DNA from: Ginglymostoma cirratum
Lineage: Eukaryota
DNA length: 64,000 nucleotides
Direction of reading: 5' to 3'
NCBI GenBank assembly: GCA_024137785.1
Contig: JAHRHZ010000116.1
Coordinates: forward strand, 485,421-549,420
How positions within the stretch are numbered: the stretch's first letter is position 1; every line of letters begins with the position of its first letter. A program made the position numbers and the translations under genes. Positions 61,521 through 64,000 of this stretch are shown here, piece by piece. The notes below the pieces were generated by a model. The model ran no database searches and had not been told where the DNA came from. It was given only the letters and a program-made list of their open reading frames with translations.

Positions 61521-64000
61521 AAACCCAATAAATTTGATATGTTTTGGGAGAAAAAGTGAAACTCCCATTTTGCAACATTGATTAATTTGATGAAAGTTTT
61601 ATTTCATACTATTTCAATTATAATGCAGAGCAGGTGTTCACAGAGACATCCAAGCTGTCAGCACGATATGCTGAGGTCAAGTCAGTTTTCAGATAGTACG
61701 AAGTGACGTTCAGACCTCAACTGCCCTAATGGTCTATATGTTAAGATTCAGCGCTGTAACCCATGTTCAATTAAACGCCGGCGGTGGTGGGGTGGGGCGA
61801 GCTTGTGCACTCTCTTCATACTGACAATAAAGTACTTGCAAAACATTTGGAAAAAGAAATTGTGTCGCAGACCTGACCTAATTCTCATCATGCCAAACTT
61901 GCTTTACTTAATTGTACAGCTTCATGTTAGAAAGATGTGCAGAAATATAGTGTTTAAAAACATAAACCAGAGATCTCCATTTCAGCAATTATGTCATTTG
62001 AATGTTGTTCAGCTGCTCAGTGCCCATTTGTTACTAAGCAGCGTTTATTGAAATAATCACTTAGAAATATTTTAACAAGCATTGTTCAAGGCCCTGCCTC
62101 GGTTGTTAGTGCACTAGGGAGATTTGTTATTTCTGTTGGTCTGTATGCTTATTACTACGTAAAAGTTCATGCCATTGCACGAGGAACTGTCTAACTTGCT
62201 AATCCACATCACCATGTCTCCCTCTGTTGCATTCGCCTCTCAGTTCTTCCATTATACTCAATTCTGTATCAGTTATTGACACATTGTGCATCATTCTACA
62301 TTATATAATAACGACATCCCCAAAGACGGTACGAGATGTTACAGTTCTAAATCATATTTCTGTAATTGAAACATTTGATGTCGATACTTGTTAGTGAACA
62401 CCAGTTCATGAACAACTGTTATTGCATAAAATGCTGTCAAGATTAACTATAGCACTTGGAGGCCATTCATGAATTTATTGATTAGCAGAACAAATGCATG
62501 TTCTGCATTTTCCAAATGGCCTATAGTTTCTATGAGATTGTGTCCATATTAGATGACTTCCTTTGAGCTCGTACAGACTTCGAGTAGTTCAGCCGTAAAT
62601 TATTGAAACGCAGTTAAGATAAAAGCAATAAAGACCAAAACTCTTGCCAATAAACGAGCTATTTCATCTGATCTGATAAAAAAAAATGAAATAATTGAAA
62701 CATGACATTAGCTACAGATGGCAATTTTAGAAAAAAAGGAAGCATCGTAGCATGGGATCAAACTTCGGTGACTTCACTTGATGGTGACACAAAGCCTAGT
62801 TTGTGTGAGAGAATTCAAATTCAATTTTTCAGCCTCGAGTTCACTGTTGTGTGCCTAATTTAGGCAATGTGAAAATATCCACCTGGCAATGTTGAAAAAG
62901 GAAGGCAATAATTAAAGCCTTCGATCACTGAGCTGCAACTGAGGTGCATGTTTCACATCACAAGTCCTGCTGGAGACTCTTACTTGGAATCAACGATGAA
63001 CACCTCGAATGCGTCTCATAACTAAAGTCGTGAATAACTTCAATCTCACAGAACAATGATGCATGAGTCAAATAATAAGCTCGTCTTTGCAATTTCATAT
63101 CCTTTTCTTGTTTTTTTTAATGACCTGGTAAATAATAGGATTCTAATGAGTAACTTTGTGATATTCTCCATAAGCATTTTTTTTCTTTTTGTTTTCAGGA
63201 TCAGGCTCAATATTGTTCATATCCAGTGTTATCTGGGTATAGCAGACTTCAAACAGTTCGTATACATACGTGTACTTTATGACATTGCTTTGCATTATGG
63301 CAAATCATGGCATATGTTTCCCTTGCACAATGGAATATTAATTGTATATTAAACCTGTTATGCTGCAGCTTAGTAAACTAATACTTACTTAATTATTAAA
63401 TATGTGACATTGATCCTTCAAATTATCTATAATTAAAGTGTTGCTAACATATAATGTGGCATATTTTGTGTTGTGTGAAATTGTAACTTGTTAATTTTTA
63501 TGAACATTTGACATTATTATTTTGATTTTAGGATTTAGTTAATATACGTTGGAAGGTGTCAGTTCAGTTCAACGAGTTTTAACTAAATTTGCATTTTAAC
63601 GTTGCCTGATAGGTTTTGAATTTCGTTTCTGTTTCAGATAATTATATATTTTTATTATTATTGTACGTGCCTGTCGCTTGTAAAACTAACTCTCATCCTT
63701 TGTCTTTAATTTCTACTTGAGAAGGTATTGTTGCAACAGTTGTTTACAGTCACTGCAGTACAGAGAATAAGGATACTTAACAGAAGCTTTATGAACAAAA
63801 TAAACCCAAACAGACGCAGGGAATTATTACAGCAGACATCTTGAGGTTTTGTTCAAAAAAGTTACATTAAGATGCAGAGGGGGGTGGAGATGGGGTATCC
63901 CATACCGGGGACAATGGAAATTAAACCCTGTCAGAAAATCAATCATAGGAAAAAGTAGCGCAGCTCAAATTCTGTGGCACAAAATACCGTAGACTTATTG

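Noticed and set aside
62270-62580. Possible minus-strand RSS remnant with a spacer like the 4.4-kb RSS
   Set aside because: Heptamer, spacing and upstream V similarity are all too degraded to support.
1-64000. D, J or C segments, NAR-TCR V, or a leaderless supporting V-delta
   Set aside because: I noticed no 12-RSS plus FGXG plus splice donor, no doubly RSS-flanked D, and no convincing C1 domain or NAR-type V. The search was by eye and not exhaustive.

Overview
Eukaryotic, repeat-rich DNA from a cartilaginous fish (inferred from shark-type CR1 LINEs, HE1/V-SINE-like SINEs and Penelope-like elements). The window is part of an antigen-receptor V-segment array, best read as the TCR alpha/delta locus. 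Three V segments look intact, each with a leader exon, phase-1 intron, V exon with Cys-Trp-Cys and a 23-bp-spacer RSS. All three are on the minus strand (12.4-12.8, 43.7-44.1, 57.5-57.9 kb), and the first is absent from the ORF track. About 11 clear V pseudogenes plus several fainter remnants lie in both orientations. I saw no D, J or C segments. Main points for follow-up: (1) an IgH-like V pseudogene (GIKSEVILTQ...GFDTGRYHIYW...KGLQ) among the TCR Vs, a TAILV/IgHV candidate; (2) every plus-strand V is dead; (3) V cassettes appear to carry a strand-polarised purine tract and often a CTCF-like motif, including one palindromic site; (4) many Penelope-derived minimal hammerhead ribozymes, several in short foldback or tandem units; (5) an RSS whose spacer is a perfect hairpin. 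Everything was read by eye. Repeat boundaries are approximate and family names need database confirmation.
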